Shown here in pieces: positions 24,251-35,022 of a DNA stretch of 35,307 nt. The position numbers and the translations under genes were made by a program. Numbering within the stretch: position 1 is the stretch's first letter; every line of letters starts with the position of its first letter. The stretch spans positions 1 through 35,307 of the forward strand of contig NIVC01002804.1 of assembly GCA_002269645.1 (NCBI GenBank), read 5' to 3'. The notes under the pieces are model-generated. The model was not told the DNA's origin, did not search any database, and saw only the letters and a list, made by a program, of their open reading frames with translations. This stretch comes from Macrostomum lignano (lineage: Eukaryota).

Positions 24251-24714
24251 TGTTATAAAGGTTAGTAAGCCCAGGTAGGTTGGGTGCTTATCGGAGATTA
24301 TAATTCTTAGCCAAGCCTTTAAGAAAGAAGTGAGCGTCTACAATTAATAAGTGAACTGCAATGCACTGTAGCGTTCACCTATTCCAATCTCATACAGTTC
24401 AAGCTCTACCGGGGACACTGGAGGTTGGCAGGCAATTTAGAGACCGCAACTCTCATTGTCCAAGTCCCCTCCCCTGTTTCTAGGACAACCCAGCAGCCTG
24501 TGCGCATTTGCTGCTCCATACATTTAGCCAGAGTGCGAGTATCAATCGGAATCAATAGGACCACTGCAGACGCTGGCCATCAATCTCGTACACTGCTGTA
24601 CTGAGAACTAGCTGGGGCGTTTCTGTGTGACTCCAGCGTATTTTTAGCTCCCAGTTCCTTTGCGCACTCTGCGAATATGTATATTTCCCATTTGCATTGC
24701 CAATGGCGGACTGT

Positions 24715-24795
24715 GTGAGTAGAGTAGAGTAGAGTGGAGTAGAGTAGAGTACAGTAGAGTCGAGTAGAGTATAGTAGAGAGTAAAGTAGAGTAGT
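24715..24795. repeat. (AGTAG)n microsatellite
   Basis: Read directly. A similar tract precedes Ly6 paralog 1 at about 3368-3400. Confidence 0.9.
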
Positions 24796-25059
24796 AAATG
24801 TAGCTCGCAGACTAATGAACAGCAGAAAGCTTTTTAGTACATGTTTTTCCAGTCTAATTCAGCAAATCCGATATGCACTTTAGACATCTGAACATACATA
24901 ATTTTACCTGTTCAACAGGCCAAACAAAGATAGAATAAAAAAAGAAAAGATCGAAGACTGAATTTTGATTTTATGACTGAATAGGGCTTGTCAAAACTGT
25001 TGGAACAGACTGAAAACTGGTGTAGAAGATGTATTCAGAATTATTGTGGCAAATCTCAC

Positions 25060-25475
25060 AGAAATCCTTGATAGAATGAAAATGAAACGTAGAAGGGTAG
25101 GGGGGGGGCATGCAGTTGGCTGCGGGAATATGACTGAAGTAGGAGGCGGAGAAACAAGAAGAGAATTTCTTGGCAATTACGTGTGCAGGAAACAAAGTCC
25201 TGCTATGATGGCCCATGGGGTGGGGCTGCTTCTGTGAGACAGCAGGCAAAGAGACCATTTAACAGTGGCAAGAGTTAGGCATAGGGAAAGTGGATTGGTT
25301 GTTAAGTCGTCATGACAACGCATAGGAGAACTCACGGGGATTAAGGGGAGATGAGAGAGGAAAAGGAGATCTAAATGCTGGAAGCAGCAGCTGTGCTCGC
25401 AAGGATACGTTTGTCACAATATGCAACTTGGTAGTTGTAAAATTGTATTGCAAATCAGAGTCGAATTTTTAATTC
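25060..25475 (+). repeat. Distal upstream region of Ly6 paralog 2, homologous to about 3405-3735, with X-box-like GTCGTCATGACAAC (25306-25319)
   Basis: Shared blocks tagaatgaaaatg, gagttaggcatag, aagtcgtcatgacaacgcataggagaac, ttgtcacaatatgcaacttg, aaattgtat-gcaaatcagagt-gaatttttaattc. Confidence 0.9.
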
Positions 25476-25494
25476 AATATCTGAACATAGAGTA

Positions 25495-27144
25495 GAGTGA
25501 CGCACAATGAATTAAGATCACTAAGTTAAATAATTTAATTTTTGGCATACGTGTCTTCAAGCTAATTTGAAGTTCTAAATTGGAAGTAAAACTTGTAAGG
25601 AATAATAGCTACTTTATGTTATTTGTATGATGTTTTGGTTCCCTTTCCAGCAATTTTTAGTTCAAAAAGCTGATATTTGATTGGGGGAAGTACAGTTTTA
25701 GGTTTTAACATTGAAATAAGACCATATATAAATACTAGGGAAATAAGTAAAGCAGCAAATGCCACTGATATCCAAAAACTAGCTCGTACTCCAATACTTT
25801 GTAGCATGGCCTTTTGACTTAATCACAGCATTGCACCGCCTAGGCATGCTGTACACCAGTTTCTGGCACACTTCTGCCGGGGATGGCAGCCCACGAGTCC
25901 TCCATAATACGGTACAGCTGATCAAGGGAAGCTGGCTGCTGCATCTGGATGTCCCGCTCGACCCAGTTCCCAATTGGACCCAATTCGACCCAATTGGATT
26001 GAGATCCGGTGACTGCGCTGGGGCCAGTCCATGGTGCGGATGTTGTTCTCAGCAAGCCATGCCTTCACAACCTTGGAGATGTGCTTCGGGATCGTTGTCC
26101 TGCTGAAACTGGCAGCTGTTCACTGCACCCAGTGGCAGCGCATCTGCTGCCTCTGGTAGGTAGCTGCTGAGGATGTCAGTACTTCTGACTGTCCAAAATG
26201 CCCTCAATGCAAGTTATTGGCCCAGGTCGAGCTCTGGAGAATGCAGCCCACACCATGACATTGCCACCTCCATGCTTCATGGTACCAACGGGCACCTGGT
26301 ATCGAATTCCTCACCAGCTCGGCGGCGCACATACCAGCGGCCATCAGAACCAGTGCGGGAAGATTTGCTCGCGTCACTCCAGATGATTTCGGCCAAGTCC
26401 TGGGGTGTCCAGCTTGCATGCTGCTTCGCCCAGTTCAAGCGCCGCTTCCGGTCTTGTCGGAGATAAGTTGCTTCTTCCTAGCAATGCGGCCATGCAGTCC
26501 AGCAGCTACCAGACGGCGGCGGACAGTCATGGGCTGCAGCTGGACACCACTGGACACCAGAAGTTCACGGCTGATGTCCACAGTGGTGAGCCGACGGTTG
26601 GACTCGGACATTTGCACAATTTGTCGATCCAGTCGGAGGTCAGTTTTCGGTGCCCTGCCAGGTCTTATGGCACAGCCTGTGCTGTCAGTGCTGCTGAGGC
26701 GCCTGTGTGCTTGCTGGACGCGTGGCTTTGGTACGCTGGGAAACTCCTTTGGTCGAACAGGGCCCTGATTTTCCTACACGACTCAGGCGATAGAGCTCTG
26801 CCTTTCCCTATTCTTGGAGAGTTAGAGATAATTTTGGCTTGGAGTAGTATTGAATTAGATGTTTTGGTCTTGCAGAATCAGCAGTGCCACTGTTAAGGCA
26901 CCTTTTAGCCCAATTAATTAACTGGTCTTATCACTCTGTGACTTATCAAATTCGAAAGTGAGAGAAGGGACTCCAATCAAACACACTCAATTGTAAATAA
27001 TTACCCAACACATCATTTATTTAACTGATTGATACCAGGGTTATTTATAACTGATTAGATTAAAATGCTCCCGCAATCTGTGCAGGGTATGAAATTTAAC
27101 GTTCAAATTTATGTTAGGTGGTCTTAATTCATTGTGCGCCGCTG
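25495..27144 (-). mobile_element. Tc1-family (DD34E) transposon, 1650 bp, with about 28-bp TIRs, TA TSD and a degenerate transposase (about 25794-26810)
   Basis: Left TA(25493-4)+GAGTGACGCACAATGAATTAAGATCAC; right (rc) TA(27145-6)+CAGCGGCGCACAATGAATTAAGACCAC. Transposase motifs TVRRRL, ARKK, WSDASK, KHGGGNVMVW, FQQDND, SPDLNPI(E>G), SMPRRCNAVIKSKGHATKY. At least 5 frameshifts. Confidence 0.93.
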
Positions 27145-27260
27145 TATATATTTGTGTGTGTGTGTACCAGCTATGATGTTGTAATTGTATGCAATACGAT
27201 ATTGATTGGACTATTGGAGACTTCACTACTCCAGACTTCTATATCAGCAAGAGTTCTTGG

Positions 27261-27321
27261 CCTAGCAACGGGGCTTGGGGCGGAGGGCTGCGTGGGGTGG
27301 CGCCGCTCGCGTCTATTTAAG
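27261..27321 (+). promoter_or_regulatory. Proximal promoter of Ly6 paralog 2: CCTAGCAAC (27261-27269), GC box (27277-27285), TATTTAAG (27314-27321)
   Basis: Motifs identical to paralog 1. Function is inferred. Confidence 0.55.
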
Positions 27322-27416
27322 TCGGAGCGCCGGAGCGGAGCGGCCTCAACCAGCTTAGACTCAACGCACCGCCTCAAGCAGCCCCCAGTTTCAGCAACGC
27401 ATCACCTGCCGTCAGC

Positions 27417-27746
27417 ATGCAGCGTCAGCAAGTGCTCCGTCTGGCCACTCTCGGCCTCCTGGTCGCCGCCTGCCTTCTGCCCGCCCCGGCCGACGCCGCC
27501 AACTGCTACGTCTGCGTCGCCTGCAGCACCGTCTCCAGCAGCACCACGAAAAACACTGGCACCTACTGCGTCAAGACTGATGTGGCTGGCGTCATCAGCC
27601 GCTCGGCTGCCCCTGCCTGCGCGGAAACCAGCAACAGCTGGTGCTGCGACACCGACCTGTGCAACTCCTCGCCGAGGCAGTTCGGTCCCAGCGGCCTCCT
27701 GCTGACCGCGGCTCTGGCCCTGCTGGCCGCTGTGTGCAAGCAGTGA
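27417..27746 (+). CDS. Ly6/uPAR (three-finger) GPI-anchored protein, paralog 2, 109 aa, intronless
   Basis: Signal peptide, 8 Cys including CCDTDLCN, and a GPI-type tail identical in amino acids to paralog 1. Confidence 0.92.
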   Translation: MQRQQVLRLATLGLLVAACLLPAPADAANCYVCVACSTVSSSTTKNTGTYCVKTDVAGVISRSAAPACAETSNSWCCDTDLCNSSPRQFGPSGLLLTAALALLAAVCKQ

Positions 27747-28533
27747 CGGCCGCAGCCACCGAGAACTGCTGCGGCAGAGTCTGCTGCGGGAGAAGAAGGC
27801 CATGAAACAAACTTGCTATTGAATAACTTCTTCTGATTTTAAAAGATACTATAAAAGCTTTTTCTCTGTTTTAACCTCTCTTTTAATTAAAGCATAAAAA
27901 GTTATAGCTACCGTAAGAAGTATAAATTATTTCCTGCAAAATGTTACTCCCATATTCTTAGTATAATCGTACTCCTTTTAATAGTAAAGCATGCTAGCTA
28001 CTCAAAATTGTTAACCGTATATTCTCTTTGATGTAATCAACTTAACGCTTATCTTTTTTTACCTAAATCTATGGACAAGTTTAGTCATGCTAAATAAAAA
28101 AAATAAAACAAAACTCAGAATGATTGTTTCGACTTTATATCTATATATTTAAGACTTATCTGGCATCGCAAAAAGATTGACAGGACCAATTATGACTTCG
28201 CAATGCTTCTTTAGCTCCGCCCGACCAACTTTGCTCAACTATGGGCCAGAAGTTCGAGTCCCGATCGAGGATAGGGAGAAAGAGGTCCGGGGTTCGAGGG
28301 CACCAGTCAGTTTGAGTTTTTTTATCGACTTCAATGCCTGTTTGCGCCACTCCATCATGTATCTATTTTTCTAATCTATCGTATTTTCATATAAAACTAG
28401 AAATAAAACACTGGCGCAGCTAAGCAGGTACAGCAGGTACATGTACATGCACCTGCATCTATTCAACATCACAGATGCTTTTACTCCTGTTTAGCCCTGT
28501 TTAGCTAGTAATTCTCCCTGTTTAGCCAGATGA

Positions 28534-30905
28534 TCAATGCGAGTCAACGATGTGCCTCGCGGCACCAAAGCTCATTCCGCTCTGACTGGCTGATTGCTTC
28601 TGGCTCAGGCCATCTGCAGGCCGGTCACGCCGTCAGAAGCTCGGAACTGCTCCTCCGTGAAGTTGCGCTGATTCTTCAGAGCCGGCTTCGGATCACAGAC
28701 TGGACCGGTGTAGCCACATAGTTGGCACTGAATAGAATTAGCGTGACAGGTTCTTTTAGAATGTATAATGTTTTGCCGATATGTATCGAAAACAGTATAA
28801 TCAAGCAGCGAAATATACAATGAGATTTATTAATCTCATAGGTTTGATACGTAAATAAGATTCCATAGATCTATAGTATGTATGTGAGTTAAGTATCGTT
28901 TTGCATATGCAGCTATACTTTAGCTACAGCTCCATTTAGAAATAATATCTTAGATATTTTGTACAGGAAGATGAATTTGTGTTAAACTGTCTTTAATGCA
29001 TTAAATCTTTGTTAAAAGTAATTTAAAATGTTTTGTCACTTGTCAATTTCAAAATTTTCGAATGATATACATACATAGTTTATACGTCTCGTACATCTGT
29101 GGGTTTGATGTGCAGAAAACAGAGTAGAAAATTACAATACTGCAGATACATGTGTATCGATGTTTACTTAGTAGTGAGTGCAGGGAAACGTTTTTATTTA
29201 AGATTTAGACTGAGCTTTATAATAAAACTATGAGAAGGAAAAATATTTGCTATTGAAGCCTGCCTCAATCGTAAGCTAGATGTAGTCTTATCTACATTAT
29301 TTACAAAAAACAGTTTGTTATATCTAGCCGATATGTATCGAAAAGCAATATAACAAAGGAGTTAAATACGTTACAATGTGTTTTTGCGAAACTTAGCATT
29401 ATAAGTATTACGCTCGTAATTTAATTAGGCCTACCTCAATACCCAACTGCAGCAATGTCGTTAGCACCTGGCTCATATTCCTGCCCTCTTAGAGGTAAAC
29501 AGTCTGGAAGAGGCTCGATTTTCGAACACCAAAGGCTGAGAAATATCTACAGGTCACACATAAACGATAAAAGAATTTGAGCAACTTGAGCTGGATTAAT
29601 TACTGAACGAATATATTCAACTCAAATAGAAGTCTCACGCCAATATTCTCGATCTGTTTTAACGGAGAGCTCATTTTTGTAAAGGATATTCGACGTTGTA
29701 GTTTCTTTGCCTCGTCAGTCAGATTCAGGCCCCACTGAAGAATTCAGCACAACCTCCGGTGTCCTCCAGGGCGACACGCTGGCTCCTCTACTCTTCATTG
29801 TTGTAGTAGACTATGTTCTTCGCCGATGCCTGCGTGAAGATGATGGCTATGTGCTGGTCTCACGTCGAAGCTCCCGACATCCCTCCGTCTCGCTGCCTGC
29901 TCTAGCCTATGCTGACGACATTGCCCTTCTGTGTCGCGATCCGGCTGCTGCTCAACGGGCTCTGTCTAGACTCTACGAAGAGGGCACCCGAGTTGGCTTG
30001 GTGATCAATGCATCCAAGACTGAGGTGCTCCACGTGGGCACTGCAACTACCCCTGCGCTAGCTCTACCAAACGGAGAAGTCGTCAAGGTGTGCGAGGACT
30101 TCCGCTACCTCGGCTCTCTTGTCTTGAGCCCCGACACCATTGTCTCTGACAGGAGAACTCAAGCCTGGCTTGCGGCACGCATGCTCAGGAGCATCTTCAA
30201 TTCAACCGCGCGCGACGATCTAAAGATGCGCCTTTTCCGCACTGCCGTTGAGCCTATTCTTCTGTATGGCATAGAAGCTGTACAAATGACTGCGACGCGA
30301 CAGCAAGCCCTGGATGCCCACTACAGGTCGGTGCTCCGCTATGCCCTGGGTGTGCACTACCCTGATACAGTGCCGACCAGGGACCTGATGACTCGCGCTG
30401 GTATTCCCGCGCTCAGCTGCACTATCCGCAAACGCCGACAGATGTTACTTGGCCATTGCCTAAGAAGCTACGGCCGCGGCGAGCAAAATCCTCTGGCGCT
30501 GGCTCTCCTGCATCAGCCCACTGAGCGTCTGCGCCGTGGCCAAGGCCGAACTGTGACGCTAAATGATACGTTTCTGACTGACTTGCAGGCCATCGGACTC
30601 AGCCCCCAGTCCGCCATGACTTGCCCTTCTCGGTTGTTCTGCGAACGCGTCCGCGCAAAGACTAGCTAGATGTCCTTTTGTCTGTGCTTCTCTCTGCGTC
30701 GCTATATATATATATATAGTCAGATTCGTTGAGCCGTCAAGCAATAGTAGGTATTGACAAGTTGCACCAGCACAGAGCCGTCCTTCAGCGCCGCCTGCAG
30801 CTCCTTGCAACCTGTTTGGCAGCTTCGCCTCCGGCACCACAATGTTGATCCAGGCCACTACCTCCGCCTCGGCCTGCGTGTCGTATATGTATACTTGCCG
30901 TTTAA
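28534..30905 (-). pseudogene. Calponin/transgelin family (myophilin/MP20-like) pseudogene; exons 30905-30718 plus 29716-29639 (split by RTE), 29546-29435, 28727-28534; first coding exon not found
   Basis: Reconstructed LNGKYDTQAEAEVVAWI...ALKDGSVLVQLVNTL...KMSSPLKQIENIG|IFL..FGVRKSSLFQTVYL*EGRNMSQVLTTLLQLGIE|CQLCGYTGPVCDPKP...RNFTEEQFRASDGVTGLQM...ASQSGMSFGAARHIVDSH* is a CH domain plus one calponin repeat. GT-AG junctions are phase 0. Several indels and stops. Confidence 0.9.
29727..30717 (+). mobile_element. 5'-truncated RTE-clade non-LTR retrotransposon with (TA)n tail and 10-bp TSD AGTCAGATTC
   Basis: Open RT frame GVLQGDTLAPLLF...YADD...FRYLGS...ILLYGIE to the stop at 30669. (TA)n tail at about 30703-30717. 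TSD at 29717-29726 and 30718-30727. Confidence 0.93.
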
Positions 30906-31926
30906 CTAAGTAATATGAATTGTGAATTATTATTTTTATTTCGATACATATCGGTAACAGGAAATTACAGAATTGTGTGAATATTTGGCACAAGTATGGC
31001 TGTTTTCTAAGTTAAAGATCAGAAAAACTAATAAAAAACTATCGTTTTCATGTTGGTCGATTTGAAATTCTAGGATTTTTTTCATCTTAGCACTACGATC
31101 AATTTAGTCTAGACAATTTTAAATACGTGTTTTTACGGCGGTATTTGTGCATCTTTAATCTGGGATCCCCACGCTAGTGCGAATCTCCAGGGAATAATAA
31201 TATATGTTATGCCGGCTGTTGGATTGGAAAATTATTCCAGTTTATAAAAATGTCCTCAATTTACAATTTACATTGTGACATTTTATATTGAAAAGAATCT
31301 TTTAACGTTATATTCACTAGTACTAGTAGACAACAGTAGCATGAGTAGCGGTTTTCGTTATTTCGTTTTTGCTTCTCCTTAGGCAGGCGACGGATCGCGA
31401 CGAGGAATCCAACGCCTCCGCAACGCAACAGAAATGATTCCTTGCATGCAACACACACACGAACGAGCCTACCTTTCAAAAAGCTTGGTTTTGAAACACC
31501 CCAGCAGTCTGCTTCCAACTCACTCAAATCTATACGCGGAGTCGTAGTTTTGGACTACGCAACCAAAATCATAATAATGCTAAATAGTAAAAAAAATCGG
31601 AATTGTGGCTTGTTGCATCACATTACGAAGCACGATGATAGTAATTAATTAATTAAGCCCATATAAAACACTTGCACTCCCGACTCCTCCAATGTCTGAC
31701 TCATGCATCAGCGTAAAACGGCAAACTAAGTGTGGACTAATTACATTCGTGTTGAGGCCAAATGCATAGACAATGCAATCTACCATAGTCAAAGCCTACA
31801 GCTTTATACGTTTAGTCACTTTTTCAATTTTCGTTTTCGTTCTCGTCGTTGAGGGTTTGTAGAGAAAGCATTACTTAAAAAAAAAACTTTCGGCTTTAAA
31901 ATACATATTGCCGAGCATTACGTAGA

Positions 31927-32009
31927 GCCAGGATGGCCGAGAGGTTAAGGCGGTGGACTTAAGATCCACTGGGCAAGCGCCCGCGTGGGTTCGAACCCCA
32001 CTTCTGGCA
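31927..32009 (+). tRNA. tRNA-Leu (anticodon TAA)
   Basis: Acceptor stem GCCAGGA/TTCTGGC, discriminator A, anticodon arm GTGGA-CTTAAGA-TCCAC, long variable arm GGGC-AAGC-GCCC, T arm GTGGG-TTCGAAC-CCCAC, and a T6 Pol III terminator at 32015-32020. Confidence 0.97.
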
Positions 32010-32549
32010 TAGTATTTTTTGAAAAAGGTTATCTTTGTTATTGTTAACGGGTCATGCAACTTATATTTTATCCAATCCAACTCAAAACATTGTGAGATTG
32101 TAAGAAATGAAGTTTGAATTCGTAAATTATAACTGATCCGACTCCATATTATTCTCATGCAAATGGGCGCATTTATGAGAGTAGCGAGCTGCGCACATTG
32201 GCGTATTTTTAATATACTAAACGTCAAAAAAAATTCTCAAAAGAATCTACTGACATCTTGGAATCTTTGAATGTTACAACTTAATTTTTCTATCTAAATT
32301 ACACTACATTTGATTAACTACAATGTCTCACACGATTCCTTGTGATTAATTGTTAGATAATGCTTTTAAAAAAATTGCCGATATGTATTGAAAGTAACAT
32401 TACGTGGTGAAATAGTTTCAATTAGAATACTCACATATAGCTGTCTCAGACTCTCAAACAAGATTTAAGTACCCAGTGAACTAAGCTGGACACTTAAGGT
32501 AGTTTTCTTGAGGAGCAGATTAAAGCTGTGTATATACTCGTATACATAT

Positions 32550-34271
32550 TTAATTTGAACTGAAAAGCTCGCTGCCACCGGCTTGCTGTGCTTGCTGGCT
32601 CCCTGTCGATGCCAGCAGGTCGGTGTAGTGCCGCAGCTGTTGCTGCACGGGCGCCAACAGGCACTCGGTCGCGCAGGGCAGCACCCTGGCCAGCGCCGAG
32701 TTCATCGGCAGGGCCACACCGCCGATGAAGCCGCACTGACTCTTCGCTTTGCCGGCGAATCTCTCCGGGTCCATGACTGCCAGGGGTTCGATTCCTTGGC
32801 TGCGTTCGAGTCGGGCCTCGGCGAAGAATTCCTCTAATAGGCAGTCAATCCAGCGTTCTGCCGTTGCTAGGGGCCGTGCCTCGTTGCTAAGATCGGCCGC
32901 TTTGATCATCATTAGGAGAAGGGCGTCTCGGTGGCGTCGATTTTCAAAATTGAAGCCTGAATCGGTGCAGGCCTGAAAATTTTGGGCTTGATATTATTAT
33001 TATCGATACATATCGGCCGGATTAATATACATTTATGTGATTGTCGAAGTATATCGTTAAGAAAACTGTAGCTTGATATGAATTGTATACTTACAATACT
33101 GATGCAAACCTAAGGGAAATTTCCACTTGACATAATTACTATAATGCAAGCTAGAGGATTTTATACATTGCATGCATATGTTAACGTATGAAATAACTGT
33201 ATTGGATGCCTCATTATATACCTGTACATTGCATGTGGTATCAAATACACCAGAGTTGGTGTACCCAATACCCAAGAGTTAGGGTACCCAATACACCAGA
33301 GTTGGTGTACCCAATACACCAGAGTTGGTGTACCAAATACCCGAGAGTTAGTGTATCCAATACCCGAGAGTTGGTGTACCCAATACACCAGAGTTGGGGT
33401 ACCCAATGCCCAAGAGTTGGGTACCCAATACACCAGAGTTGGGGTACCCAATACACCAGAGTTGGCGTACCCAATACACCAGAGTTGGGGTACCCAATAC
33501 CCAAGAGTTGGGGTACCCAATACACCATAGTTGGTGTACCCAATACCCAAGAGTTGGGGTACCCAATACACCAGAGTTGGGGTACCCAATACACCATAGT
33601 TGGTGTACCCAATACACCAGAGTTGGTGTACCCAATACCCAAGAGTTGGGGTACCCAATACACCAGAGTTGGGGTACCCAATACACCAGAGTTAGTGTAC
33701 CCAATACACCATAGTTGGGTACCCAATACCCGAGTTAGTGTACCCAATACCCGAGTTGGTGTACCCAATACCCGAGCTGGATCGAGTATCTACTACAAAG
33801 ACTGCCACAAAGACTGCCCACCTGGAACTCGGCCATCACGGCCGAATGCCTGGCCAAATCCGTGGCCAAAATCAGTCGAGCGATGCGACGCCTCGCGTAG
33901 CGAAACTCCTGCGCTGTCAGGCCCGACAGCAGGCCGCGGCCCACCAGGGACATCGCCGTGGCCAGGTGATGTCGTTCCAGCGTGGCCTCGGGGCCGTAGC
34001 AGGCGACAGGCCGGTGCCAGCGCTGCGCTGCCAGTGGTTGGAAAGGCCGGGGTGATCCAGGTCGTGACAGGCGGCGGCGGTGAGCAGGCAGAGCAGCTCC
34101 AGCTGAGGCGGGGCGGGAACAGGAGGAAACTTGAGAGAGTTTGATGCTTCCCTTAGCGATAAGGCAGCTCCGGCTTCTTATAGTTCAGTTAATCAGTCAG
34201 AAAATTGACGAGCTAATCAATCAATTAAATGAAATAATAGTTTACCCAATAAACAAATCAATCAATCAATT

Positions 34272-34310
<39 letters not shown>

Positions 34311-34382
34311 TAATCAATCAATCAGTCAAGCAATCAATCAATCAATCAATCAATTTAACAATTAATCAGTCAAGCAATTAAT

Positions 34383-34442
<60 letters not shown>

Positions 34443-34790
34443 TTAACAATTAATCAGTCAAGCAATTAATCAATCTCTCACCCGAGGCACCCTCAGCCAC
34501 AGCTGGTCAGCGCAGGCCAGGCAGTAGACCATCTGTGTCACCATGAAGCAGTGCTGGAAGTTGTGAAACGGAACCCTGTTGTAGCTCTGGTACACCTGCA
34601 CCAGAAAGTTGTCAAGCGCACCATCCCGATGCCGAGCCGGCCAGTCAGGCGCAAGTCGTGGAACATTGCTCGCAGGAACACCGCCAGCTTCTCCTCCGGC
34701 CAGTCCCAGTTGGAGAAGTCTGGCCGCTTTAGCGCTTCGAGTTCAGACTCCGAAACCGAACAGGCGCCCCATCTCTGCACCGGGAGCTGC
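32550..34790 (-). CDS. PDE9: PDE9-like cyclic nucleotide phosphodiesterase catalytic domain; exons about 34790-34482, 34102-33822 and 32972-32550; two -1 frameshifts; 5' end unresolved
   Basis: LEALKRPDFSNWDW, YNRVPFHNFQHCFMVTQM, TAAACHDLDHPG, LERHH, LILATDLARH, IKAADLSNEARP, WIDCLLEEFF and KSQCGFI follow PDE9 motifs in order. GT-AG junctions are all phase 0. One missing base near 34625-34627 and one near 34005-34008. Confidence 0.85.
33240..33780. repeat. 23-bp intronic minisatellite (AATACACCAGAGTTGGTGTACCC)n, about 24 units
   Basis: Read directly. Lies in the PDE intron 32973-33821. Confidence 0.96.
34210..34475. repeat. (CAAT)n-rich intronic microsatellite
   Basis: Read directly. Lies in the PDE intron 34103-34481. 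Confidence 0.93.
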
Positions 34791-35022
34791 AGATGACGGC
34801 GAATTCGGCGGGCCGCCGATGCCGGAGTCCGAGGCACCGCGACTTCCACGATTGATGCTGGTGGTGGCGGCGGCTGACACAGCGCGACAGAGTTGATCCA
34901 ATGTTGCCGAGGCTGCAGGCGTGGAATTGCAATCAGAGTTCACTTGCCTGGGACTCAGTGCTTCAGCTGTCTTGCTTTGGGTTATAGCTCTGCGTGCTGA
35001 TTGCATGCGAACATCCCCAGTT

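Noticed and set aside
28200-28310. B-box-like GTTCGAGTCC (28252-28261) suggesting a tRNA or SINE
   Set aside because: No convincing A box at the right spacing, cloverleaf, tail or TSD.
31440-31530. Donor-like AAG/GTAGGC near 31470 as the end of the missing first calponin exon
   Set aside because: No frame resembles the expected N-terminal motif (PSYGLSxEV-like), so it is unsupported.
33240-33780. Palindromic 23-bp repeats resembling a CRISPR array, with overlapping repetitive ORFs
   Set aside because: Units are contiguous with no unique spacers, there are no cas genes, and the array lies in a eukaryotic intron.
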